Assembly: GCA_965242925.1 (NCBI GenBank)
Contig: CBDEUM010000032.1
Coordinates: forward strand, 1-22,545
Reading direction: 5' to 3'
From: Roseibacillus sp.
Lineage (GTDB): Bacteria > Verrucomicrobiota > Verrucomicrobiia > Verrucomicrobiales > Akkermansiaceae
Length of the DNA stretch: 22,545 bases
Part shown: one piece after another, positions 8,430 through 15,798 of the stretch
How the letters are laid out: the number at the start of each line of letters is the position of its first letter
Position numbering within the stretch: position 1 is the stretch's first letter
Notes under the pieces: model-generated
Databases searched by the model: none
What the model was told of the DNA's origin: nothing
The model's input: the letters and a program-made list of their open reading frames with translations, nothing else
Program-made: the position numbers and the translations under genes

Positions 8430-10019
8430 ATGCAGCCGATCCTCAGCACAACGACTAATAAGAGAGGAAGCGATGCCGCAGCGCTTGGAGGATGCCTGGC
8501 AATTGTGCTGGTCATCGCATTGTTCCCGCTGTCGGCAGCTGTCTACTGGCATGGATTGCTGGCGTTTTTTTCAGCGGTGACGATAAGTGTCCTGAGGGTG
8601 CCCGCGGCCTATATGTTTTCACGGGGCCTGTTGATTGTTCCCGGCTTGATCGCAGCGATGCTGATCCTGCCATTGATAGGACGGGGTGAGACCGTCCCCG
8701 TATTTGGGATTGGTATAAGTCTTGAAGGTGTGCGCCGTGGCAGTATTGCCGCGTGCAAGCTTCTCGGCATCATGTGCTGGCTGTCATGGATCACCTGGAA
8801 ATTGCCGCCACAGCGAATGTTTCCCGCTATGGAATCTTTGCGGTTTCCTCACTGGCTGATTGCAATATTGCGATCAACCTACTCCAATTTTTCTATTTTG
8901 AGTCGCGAGGTTTCTTCAATGCGCCAGGCATTGAGATCACGGGTCGTGCATCGAGGAACATGGTTAATCCAGGCGACCGGGAAAATGCTGTCGTTATTGT
9001 TTGTACGAACGCGGGTACGCGCTGCTGCCCAGGTTATCGCGTGTGATTCAAGGTGTAATGTGGATGATTCCCCTGTCATGTCCGCAACCTCCTCAATCGA
9101 GATCGAGAACGTCAGCTATTGCTATCCCGGCGCGAGTGAGAATGCCCTGCATGGGATATGTCTGGAGATTCCTGCGCAGGCAAAAGTCGCTATTCTCGGG
9201 TGCAATGGCGCCGGCAAGACAACATTGCTATTGCACCTGAATGCTGTTTTTCCCCTGCAAAGCGGGCGTATTACCATTGGAGGGATCGCACTGAGCAAGT
9301 CCAGCCGTTCCCGTGTCCGTGAGGAGGTTGGTATGCTTTTCCAGAATCCTGACGACCAGATCCTTGGGTTGACGGTGGAAGAAGACGTCGCCATCGGTCC
9401 CCAGCAGTTAAGGATTCCGGAAACGGAAAAAACTGAACGTATCGAAAGCGCCCTGCGTCAGGCGGGATTGTGGAATCGTCGGGATCAACCGCCGCATAAG
9501 CTCAGTGGAGGGGAACGCAAGAGGTTGGCTCTTGCCGGAGGGATTGCCGGTGGAGGACGGGTTCTCTTGCTGGACGAACCGATGGCGGGACTTGACTCTC
9601 CAGGGCGTGATGAGATCACGGTAATCTTAGACGATTTGCACCGTGCGGGGAAAACAATCATTGCTGCTACTCATGATGTCGATTTCGCTGCCGAATGGGC
9701 AAGCATGGTTGTGGTCATGGATCGCGGTCGCATTATTGCCGCGGGACCTCCTGATATGCTTACTGATGCCAGGCTCATGGCAAGTGCCGGTCTAAATATG
9801 TCCCGTCTGGCCGAGGCGTTCGCCGCATTTTACGCGGAATGCCCTGAAGTTGAAATGAAACTCCCGGGAACTCGGAAGGAAGTGGTGGAATGGCTGCGCA
9901 AGCGGATTTCTGGCGAGCAGATCAGGCACAATCGAGGAGGGAAGTCCCAGGTGGGGGAAGACGATGATGAAGGGGAGAGTCCGGGTTGCCCGCTAGATCA
10001 GGAAGCCCTGGAACAGTAG
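8430..10019 (+). CDS. Fused ECF transporter T component (CbiQ/NikQ) and ATPase (CbiO/NikO)
   Basis: The N-terminal ~210 aa are hydrophobic, with EcfT-like features (AMESLRFPHWL, MRQALRSR, ACDSRC). From Met217 (nt 9078) there is an ABC ATPase: GCNGAGKTT, FQNPDDQ, LSGGERKR, LLLDEP, ATHD. No stop codon separates the two parts. Confidence 0.85.
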   Translation: MQPILSTTTNKRGSDAAALGGCLAIVLVIALFPLSAAVYWHGLLAFFSAVTISVLRVPAAYMFSRGLLIVPGLIAAMLILPLIGRGETVPVFGIGISLEGVRRGSIAACKLLGIMCWLSWITWKLPPQRMFPAMESLRFPHWLIAILRSTYSNFSILSREVSSMRQALRSRVVHRGTWLIQATGKMLSLLFVRTRVRAAAQVIACDSRCNVDDSPVMSATSSIEIENVSYCYPGASENALHGICLEIPAQAKVAILGCNGAGKTTLLLHLNAVFPLQSGRITIGGIALSKSSRSRVREEVGMLFQNPDDQILGLTVEEDVAIGPQQLRIPETEKTERIESALRQAGLWNRRDQPPHKLSGGERKRLALAGGIAGGGRVLLLDEPMAGLDSPGRDEITVILDDLHRAGKTIIAATHDVDFAAEWASMVVVMDRGRIIAAGPPDMLTDARLMASAGLNMSRLAEAFAAFYAECPEVEMKLPGTRKEVVEWLRKRISGEQIRHNRGGKSQVGEDDDEGESPGCPLDQEALEQ

Positions 10020-10052
10020 CCCGGATATCAGGACCAGTGCAGATGGCGTTTC

Positions 10053-10400
10053 CTAACCGGGAGGCCATTCCAGCGGGCGACCGGCGAGGATGTGCAGGTG
10101 GAGGTGGGGGACGGCCTCCCCTCCGTTCCTGCCGTTGTTGATGACCACCCGGAACCCATCCTCGGTGAGGCCTTCCTGTTCTGCGATGATCCGCACCCGG
10201 GTGAGGAGATGGCCGAGAAGATCCTGGTCGGCGGGGTCGGCCTCCCCGATGCGCACGATTAGTTTCCTGGGGACGAGGAGGAGATGCACGGGGGCCTGCG
10301 GGGCGATGTCGCGGAAGCAGAGACAGAGGTCGTCCTCGTAGACGATATCGCCCGGGATTTCACGATCGGCGATCTTCTGGAAGATGGTTTTCTCAGCCAT
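10053..10400 (-). CDS. Histidine triad (HIT/Hint) nucleotide-binding protein
   Basis: MAEKTIFQKIADREIPGDIVYEDD...FRDIAPQAPVH...GFRVVINNG...VPHLHLHILAGR...WPPG. Start moved to the ATG at 10400. Confidence 0.93.
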   Translation of the reverse strand: MAEKTIFQKIADREIPGDIVYEDDLCLCFRDIAPQAPVHLLLVPRKLIVRIGEADPADQDLLGHLLTRVRIIAEQEGLTEDGFRVVINNGRNGGEAVPHLHLHILAGRPLEWPPG

Positions 10401-10520
10401 GGGCCGAGTGAAGGGGAAAGGAAAGGTGAAGGGGAGGGAAAAGTAGGCCGGAAGCATCGACCGTGGAGAAAGCAGTCCCCCGCCTGATCTGTCTCGTCCC
10501 GGTCCTCCTTCACCCGTTGA

Positions 10521-11087
10521 TCAGAGATCAATGGTGAGATGGATCTTCCGGTTCTCGGGGACGGGTTGCTGGGCGAAGTCCTGGAGAAAGGCGAGGATCT
10601 CCTGGTGAAGGCGGTTGCAACGGGGGGTCCACTGTCCGCTACCCCGGAGAATGCGGGCGCTTTCACGGAGTTCCGTAAAATGAAACTCCTCGGCGCCGCG
10701 TGCATGGAGGTCATCAATTTCCTTCTGCAGCTTCTGGAAGAAGACGAGCTCGAATCCGTTCCCGGCTTCCCGGGCGGCTCGGGCGATTGAGACGGTGATG
10801 GGTGGAGCGAGCGGATCGAGATTGTTGGCAATGGCATCGCAGCCAATGCGCCGCAGCATCCGCTTCATGCGTTCAAAGAGATCCTCCAGAGGCAGCACAC
10901 GCCAGGGACACTTGTGTTCAAGGTAATGCAGAATGCCATCCCGGATGTCGTTGATGAAGGGAAAGTCGGCCCGGTCGCAGGACCGGGCCGCACGGTGGAG
11001 GGCGAGGTCGATCCAATCCGTCCCGTAGACTGCCACCTGATGGCGGCCTACCTGGAGGACGGGGAGTTTTCCGACGAGACAGATCAT
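10521..11087 (-). CDS. Hypothetical protein directly downstream of nrdR (188 aa), N-terminal half resembling an ATP-cone
   Basis: The ATG at 11087 lies 7 nt after the nrdR stop, and the sequence is protein-like (MICLVGKLPVLQVGRHQ...). The ATP-cone resemblance is my inference. Confidence 0.75.
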   Translation of the reverse strand: MICLVGKLPVLQVGRHQVAVYGTDWIDLALHRAARSCDRADFPFINDIRDGILHYLEHKCPWRVLPLEDLFERMKRMLRRIGCDAIANNLDPLAPPITVSIARAAREAGNGFELVFFQKLQKEIDDLHARGAEEFHFTELRESARILRGSGQWTPRCNRLHQEILAFLQDFAQQPVPENRKIHLTIDL

Positions 11088-11094
11088 GATAGAA

Positions 11095-11586
11095 TTATTC
11101 CTTGAAGAGTCGCCGCTGCATGTGGTCGCGGGCGGCCCGGGTTTCGAGAGATTGAATTTCGCTGATGAATTCGCCAACGTTGTCGAACTGGCGGTAAACA
11201 GAGACGTAGCGCACGTAGGCGACCGGATCGATCTGGTGAAGTTTGTCCATCACTTCGGTTCCGATGATGTGGGAGGGGACTTCGGAGACGTGATCCTTGT
11301 GCAGATCGGCCAGGATTTCCTCCACCGCCCGGTCGAGGCGGTCCATCGAGACGGGGCGCTTCTCGCAGGCCTTGACCAGACCCCGGAAAAGCTTCTCCCG
11401 GTTGATGGCTTCCCGGCTTCCATCCTTCTTCACCACCCTCAGTTCCGTGCGCTCGATCTGCTCGTAGGTGGTGTAGCGGTAGGAGCAGTCGAGGCATTCG
11501 CGACGCCGCCGAATCGTCGTCCCGTCCTTTGACATCCGGGAATCTACGACTTTGTCCTTGTGGGAACCGCACTGAATACACCTCAT
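11095..11586 (-). CDS. nrdR: Transcriptional repressor NrdR
   Basis: Zinc ribbon MRCIQC...VVDSR...IRRRRECLDC..RYTTYE, followed by the ATP-cone VVKKDGSRE...KACEKRPV...DPVAYVRYVSVYRQF. Start at the ATG at 11586. Confidence 0.97.
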   Translation of the reverse strand: MRCIQCGSHKDKVVDSRMSKDGTTIRRRRECLDCSYRYTTYEQIERTELRVVKKDGSREAINREKLFRGLVKACEKRPVSMDRLDRAVEEILADLHKDHVSEVPSHIIGTEVMDKLHQIDPVAYVRYVSVYRQFDNVGEFISEIQSLETRAARDHMQRRLFKE

Positions 11587-11611
11587 TGACTGCTCAGTGG
11601 GGAGCAAGCCT

Positions 11612-11627
11612 ACCCAAGATGTAGTAG
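11612..11627. promoter_or_regulatory. NrdR box 1
   Basis: ACCCAAGATGTAGTAG (reverse complement CTACTACATCTTGGGT) fits the 16-bp NrdR palindrome core C-w-A-n-A-T-n-T-w-G. It lies 25 nt upstream of the nrdR ATG. Confidence 0.72.
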
Positions 11628-11643
11628 GGTCAAAGAAAAAACG

Positions 11644-11659
11644 ACACTCTATTTCGTTA
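11644..11659. promoter_or_regulatory. NrdR box 2 (degenerate)
   Basis: ACACTCTATTTCGTTA has two core mismatches but starts exactly 32 bp from box 1, the typical spacing of tandem NrdR boxes. Confidence 0.5.
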
Positions 11660-11877
11660 TGTCCGGTAATTTCTACAGGGAGCGGGAAAATTAGAAAATT
11701 TTGGTTTGTTGTCAGCGCTGGAGACCAGATGAGGGTAAAAAAGAGGGGGAAATCCGCTAACACTCTTCAAGAATGGTGTGTGAGACGGAGGCGGACACTG
11801 TTTGGAAAGCCAAATGATCCTCGCATAAAAGGAGAGAGCTTGTTCCCTGGCTCCGTAAGGGATAGACGCAATCCACA

Positions 11878-12567
11878 ATGATCATGAAAAATACCATCGC
11901 ATGTGCAATCGCTGTTGTCCTGAGCCCGCTGGCACTGGGGGAGACCAATTCCCTGACCGCCGCCGAGAAGAAGGAAGGGTGGAAGTTGCTCTTTGACGGA
12001 AAGTCTGCCGCTGGCTGGAACAGCTGGAAGACCAAGAAGCCACTTGAGCTCGGGGCCTGGGCAGCGGAGGAAGGAGCCCTCACCCTGAAGAAAAAGGGTG
12101 CGGGTGACATTTACACCACGGAAGCCTACGAAAATTTTGAATTCAGCCTGGAGTGGAAGACCAAGGGAAACAGTGGCATCCTGATTCGCGTTAATCCCGA
12201 GGCCGGCGGGCCCATCTACAAGGTGGCTCCCGAGATGCAGATCGAGCGCTCCAAGGGCAAGGCCAGCACGGATGCAGGCGGTCTCTATGCGCTCTATCCC
12301 ATCGCGGTGAAGGGAGAGAAAAAGATCCATCCCAATGGGTGGAACACGGTGAGGATTCGCCTCGTCGACGGCAAGGGGACCCACTGGTTCAATGGCCAGA
12401 AGGTGGCGGAGTACCAGATCGGAAGCGAGGACTGGAACGAGAAGGTGGCGGGGAGTAAATTCGCCAGTTGGAAAGGATTTGCGGAGACCAAGAAGGGTCA
12501 TCTCGGACTGCAGGATCACGGTGCGGAGGTGTCTTTCCGGAATGTGAAGATCAAGGTGATCAAGTAG
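11878..12567 (+). CDS. Secreted DUF1080 (3-keto-disaccharide hydrolase-like) protein
   Basis: Signal peptide, EKKEGWKLLFDGK, YENFEFSLEWK..GNSGI, PEMQI, GWNTVRI, HWFNG and GHLGLQDHG.EVSFRNVKIK. The start may instead be the ATG at 11884. Confidence 0.9.
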   Translation: MIMKNTIACAIAVVLSPLALGETNSLTAAEKKEGWKLLFDGKSAAGWNSWKTKKPLELGAWAAEEGALTLKKKGAGDIYTTEAYENFEFSLEWKTKGNSGILIRVNPEAGGPIYKVAPEMQIERSKGKASTDAGGLYALYPIAVKGEKKIHPNGWNTVRIRLVDGKGTHWFNGQKVAEYQIGSEDWNEKVAGSKFASWKGFAETKKGHLGLQDHGAEVSFRNVKIKVIK

Positions 12568-12704
12568 GTGCTTGCCGGAGGGGGCACAGCCCCCACCGGT
12601 CCTGCCGCACTCATCGCGAGGAAGCCGGGACGGCTGTAGCCGCTGTCCTGCATTGTGAGGGTGATGCTTGACAGGCTTCCGCTTCGTTGTGAAGGCTGCA
12701 TGCG

Positions 12705-13655
12705 ATGTCTGAATTTTCAGCGGAGGTGGTCTTCAGGCCCGCCAGTGATGCCTTGGCCTATCTTCCCGAGGGTCCATGCCAATATGGTCCGGGGCAGATG
12801 TCGTGGGTGGCGATCCAGCATGGCGGGGACTCGAAAGAGGGATCGATTAATGTCCTTGATCTGGCCAGCGGCGAAAATCGGCACTACGTCCTGCCCGGGC
12901 GCCCCGGGTTTGCCTTTCCCACTGACAATCCCTCCGTCTTTCTGACGGGGTTCGAGCGGAAGGTGGGTTTCTTCGACGTGGAATCCGCCAGCTGGGTGGG
13001 AACCTTCGGGGAAGTGGAGGGCGAGGAGGAGGGAACTATCATCAACGACGGAACGGTCTGTGGCAACGGGGTGCTCTTTGGCACCAAGGATGTGGCATTC
13101 ACGGATCCCAAGGCGGGTTTGTATCTCTGGCTTCCGGGCATGAACGCGGCGACCCACCTGCGCGGTGGGCAGACCTGTTCGAATGGGAAAGTGATTCTTT
13201 CTCGGGAGGGGGGCAGCTTTCTTCTGGATATCGATACGCCCACCAGGGTGGTGGTGGAGTATCCATTCGATCTGGAGAACCAGCGACTGGGGAATCCGCG
13301 GGTGGTGGTGGATCTGCAGGAGGTTGACGCATATCCTGACGGGATGGTGATCACCCCGGATCAACAGAGCGTCATTATAGCGATGTACAATCCGAATGAT
13401 GTGGAGTCGGGGGAAGCACGTCAGCACAGCCTGGCTAACGGCGAATTGGAGGCGGTGTGGAAGGTCCCCGGTTCTCCCCGGGTGACCTGTCCGCTCCTGG
13501 CGAAGATAGCGGGGGAGGTGCTGCTGTTTCTCACTACCGCGGTGGAGCACATGAGCGCGGAGGAGCAGGCGCGGCATCCGAATGCCGGGTGCCTCTTTCA
13601 GGCGGCCACTCCATTTGGGGGCATGGTGGCAGTTGAACGACTGGAGGTTCCGTAG
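12705..13655 (+). CDS. SMP-30/gluconolactonase/LRE family beta-propeller protein
   Basis: LPEGP, INDG, TCSNG, IDTP, YPDGMVI, VTCP and LFLTTA...HPNAGCLF motifs. Confidence 0.85.
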   Translation: MSEFSAEVVFRPASDALAYLPEGPCQYGPGQMSWVAIQHGGDSKEGSINVLDLASGENRHYVLPGRPGFAFPTDNPSVFLTGFERKVGFFDVESASWVGTFGEVEGEEEGTIINDGTVCGNGVLFGTKDVAFTDPKAGLYLWLPGMNAATHLRGGQTCSNGKVILSREGGSFLLDIDTPTRVVVEYPFDLENQRLGNPRVVVDLQEVDAYPDGMVITPDQQSVIIAMYNPNDVESGEARQHSLANGELEAVWKVPGSPRVTCPLLAKIAGEVLLFLTTAVEHMSAEEQARHPNAGCLFQAATPFGGMVAVERLEVP

Positions 13656-13698
13656 GGGGCCCCGGGACAGTTCCGGCCGGGACAGAACAGAGCGGACC

Positions 13699-14712
13699 CT
13701 ACCCCTTCTGCAGGGCATTGAGGAGACCGGCGAGGAAGGAGAGCATTCCGCTGAGAGCCTCGCGGTAGTCCGAGTCGCCGAGCAGGCGGAGGCACCCTTC
13801 GGCCTCTTCAAGGAGAGTGGCAGCCCGGTGCAGAGATCTGCCGATGGCTCCCTGGTATTCGGCGATGCCGGCCAGGACGGTGAGGTCGAGTTTCTCCTGC
13901 TGGATGATCCGCTTCTGCAGGATCTCACGCTGGGTGGCACCGGCGTCCTCGAGGAGGTAGAGCATGGGGAGGGTGAGCTTTCCCTTTTCAAGGTCGGTAC
14001 GAAGTGTCTTTCCGAACTGTTCTTCGCTCCCGATCAGGTCGAGACAGTCGTCGTAGATCTGGTAGGCCGTTCCCAGCTTCATCCCGAAATCCTTCATGGC
14101 CTCGCGGGTTTCCCCGGACACGTTGGAAAGGTAGGCTGACAACTCCGTGGCAGCGGCGAAGAGGGCGCCGGTTTTCATCCCGATGATGCGGAAGTAGTCC
14201 TGCTTCGTGAGGGTAAGATCAAAGCGTCTTTGAGTCTGCAGGATCTCGCCCTGGCATACGTCCCGCGAGGCGGCCGCAATGGCCCGGGAGAGGACCAGAT
14301 CGTCGAACTCGGTCGAAAGCATGAGGGCATGCGAGAAGAGGGCATCGCCCAGCAGGACCGCGAGTCCATCTCCCCACTTGCAGTTGGCGGTGGCTACATT
14401 GCGGCGCGTGCTGGCCCCATCGATGATGTCATCGTGGACCAGGGTGGCCATGTGAATGAGTTCGAGGATGGTGCCAAGCTTCAGATGATTGGCGGTTACT
14501 CCTCCGCTGGCGCCGCCCATGAGGATGCAGAGAGCCGGACGGATACGTTTGCCTGCCGTATCGCAGATGTAGGACATGTAGGGCTCCACTCCGGGATCGA
14601 AATGGCGGACCTGGTCCCGCAGGGAGGACTCGACCTGCTTCAGTTCATGGTCCACCAGAGCAAAGGGAAGATGTCTGGCATCGCCCGGATCGATCTTGAA
14701 CTTCGTTGGCAT
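13699..14712 (-). CDS. Polyprenyl diphosphate synthase (trans-prenyltransferase, IspB/HepT-like)
   Basis: GKRIRP, ELIHMATLVHDDIID..RR (first Asp-rich motif), GDAL, GEILQ, KTGALF and AYQIYDDCLD (second Asp-rich motif), then DLEKGKLTLP. Ala at -5 from the first DDxxD suggests a long-chain product. Confidence 0.93.
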   Translation of the reverse strand: MPTKFKIDPGDARHLPFALVDHELKQVESSLRDQVRHFDPGVEPYMSYICDTAGKRIRPALCILMGGASGGVTANHLKLGTILELIHMATLVHDDIIDGASTRRNVATANCKWGDGLAVLLGDALFSHALMLSTEFDDLVLSRAIAAASRDVCQGEILQTQRRFDLTLTKQDYFRIIGMKTGALFAAATELSAYLSNVSGETREAMKDFGMKLGTAYQIYDDCLDLIGSEEQFGKTLRTDLEKGKLTLPMLYLLEDAGATQREILQKRIIQQEKLDLTVLAGIAEYQGAIGRSLHRAATLLEEAEGCLRLLGDSDYREALSGMLSFLAGLLNALQKG

Positions 14713-14725
14713 TTTTTCGTGCAGG

Positions 14726-14753
14726 GAAGCTTGTGAAATATTTCACAAGCTTC
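14726..14753. promoter_or_regulatory. Perfect 28-bp palindrome with a Rex-operator core (TTGTGAA-N4-TTCACAA, 14731-14748)
   Basis: GAAGCTTGTGAAAT|ATTTCACAAGCTTC lies 13 nt upstream of the polyprenyl synthase ATG, in a divergent intergenic region. Confidence 0.75.
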
Positions 14754-14769
14754 GCCAAGGAGCAAACAG

Positions 14770-14801
14770 AATTTCTGTAATTTCAGTAATTTCCGAAATT
14801 C
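14770..14801. repeat. Short tandem 9-bp direct repeat (AATTTCnGw x3 plus a partial copy)
   Basis: AATTTCTGT AATTTCAGT AATTTCCGA AATTC. Confidence 0.6.
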
Positions 14802-14848
14802 ATTTAGAGTTGCCTGTAGGGAGGGCCTGTCGTTGCATTTCCGCTACC

Positions 14849-15637
14849 ATGAAATGTTTCAGGTTCCGCACAGTATTGGCGTCGCTGGCAGCGACGGGAA
14901 TGGTCTCGGGAATTGAAGTCGGGGAGAAGCCGGACACTCCGAAACTCCCTGGTGTGCCCTACGTAGTGCATGATGGCACGCGGCCCCAGCCGGTCAAGGT
15001 GCAGAGTGCGGGAGCGGTTTCGGTCAAATCTCCCGGTGATGCTCTTGTGCTCATTGGCGAGAAGAGTTCCGCTACCTGGGACGGCAACAAGTGGCCGATC
15101 GTGGACGGCGTGATGACGGTGGCCCGGGGGGGTGGAGTGCGTTCAAAGGCGAAGTTTGGCGATTGCCAGTTGCACCTCGAGTACCGGGTGCCGGCTGGTC
15201 GCAAGGTGCAGGGGCAGGGGGGCGGCAACAGCGGAGTGTTCCTGATGGGTCTCTATGAGGTGCAGGTGGGTGAGAGCCACACCAACCAGACCTATCCCGA
15301 TGGACAGACTGCGGCCCTTTACGGGCAGGCCCCGCCGCGGGTCAATCCCTCTACCCCACAGGGGGAATGGCAGAGCTTTGACATCATTTTCGAGGCCCCC
15401 GGCTACAAGGACGGGAAAGTGGTGGAACCGGCGGTCATCACCGTGATTCACAACGGTGTGCTGGTGCATCACCGCAAGGCCCTCCTTGGCCCGACCAGGC
15501 ACAAGGCTCTCGCCACCTACGCCGCCAAGCATCCGGAGAAGGCGCCCATCAGCCTGCAGGATCACGGCGATCCCATCCAGTACCGCAACATCTGGGTGCG
15601 GGAACTGGGGGAATACGACGAAGGGGACAGCAAATAG
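14849..15637 (+). CDS. Secreted DUF1080 (3-keto-disaccharide hydrolase-like) protein
   Basis: The ATG at 14849 gives a signal-like N-terminus. Motifs: VHDGTRPQP, FGDCQLHLEY, GQGGGNSGVFLMGLYEVQV, GEWQSFDIIF and LQDHGDPIQYRNIWVREL. Confidence 0.9.
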   Translation: MKCFRFRTVLASLAATGMVSGIEVGEKPDTPKLPGVPYVVHDGTRPQPVKVQSAGAVSVKSPGDALVLIGEKSSATWDGNKWPIVDGVMTVARGGGVRSKAKFGDCQLHLEYRVPAGRKVQGQGGGNSGVFLMGLYEVQVGESHTNQTYPDGQTAALYGQAPPRVNPSTPQGEWQSFDIIFEAPGYKDGKVVEPAVITVIHNGVLVHHRKALLGPTRHKALATYAAKHPEKAPISLQDHGDPIQYRNIWVRELGEYDEGDSK

Positions 15638-15681
15638 CAGTAGACCGGGGATTATTTTCTCCAACAAATTAGACAATATTC

Positions 15682-15711
15682 ACCCGGCGAAGCGTTCTGG
15701 CTTTGCCGGGT
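15682..15711 (+). terminator. GC-rich hairpin downstream of the DUF1080 gene, possible terminator
   Basis: ACCCGGCGAAGC-GTTCTG-GCTTTGCCGGGT gives a 12-bp stem with one G-U pair. The U-tail is weak (ATTGCATTT). Confidence 0.4.
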
Positions 15712-15798
15712 ATTGCATTTCAGGAGAGCCCCCTGGCACTACAATTATTCCCCCTTAAAACAATTGCCCATTCTCCAGTTGAGGCTAACTATTGACCA

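Noticed and set aside
10408..10443. Purine-rich tract with GTGAAGGGGA twice, upstream of HIT
   Set aside because: Short low-complexity sequence with no recognisable motif or structure.
11587..11763. 59-aa N-terminal extension of NrdR in the ORF track (likewise the extensions of ureA, HIT, the 14696 DUF1080 and the 20496 ORF)
   Set aside because: The family N-termini begin at downstream starts, and the extensions run through intergenic or regulatory DNA, including the NrdR boxes and the Rex-like palindrome.
12717..13991. 424-aa minus-strand ORF
   Set aside because: It is antisense to the SMP-30 gene and out of frame within the prenyl synthase. The translation is Arg/Pro/Ser-rich with no motifs, typical of a shadow ORF in GC-rich DNA.
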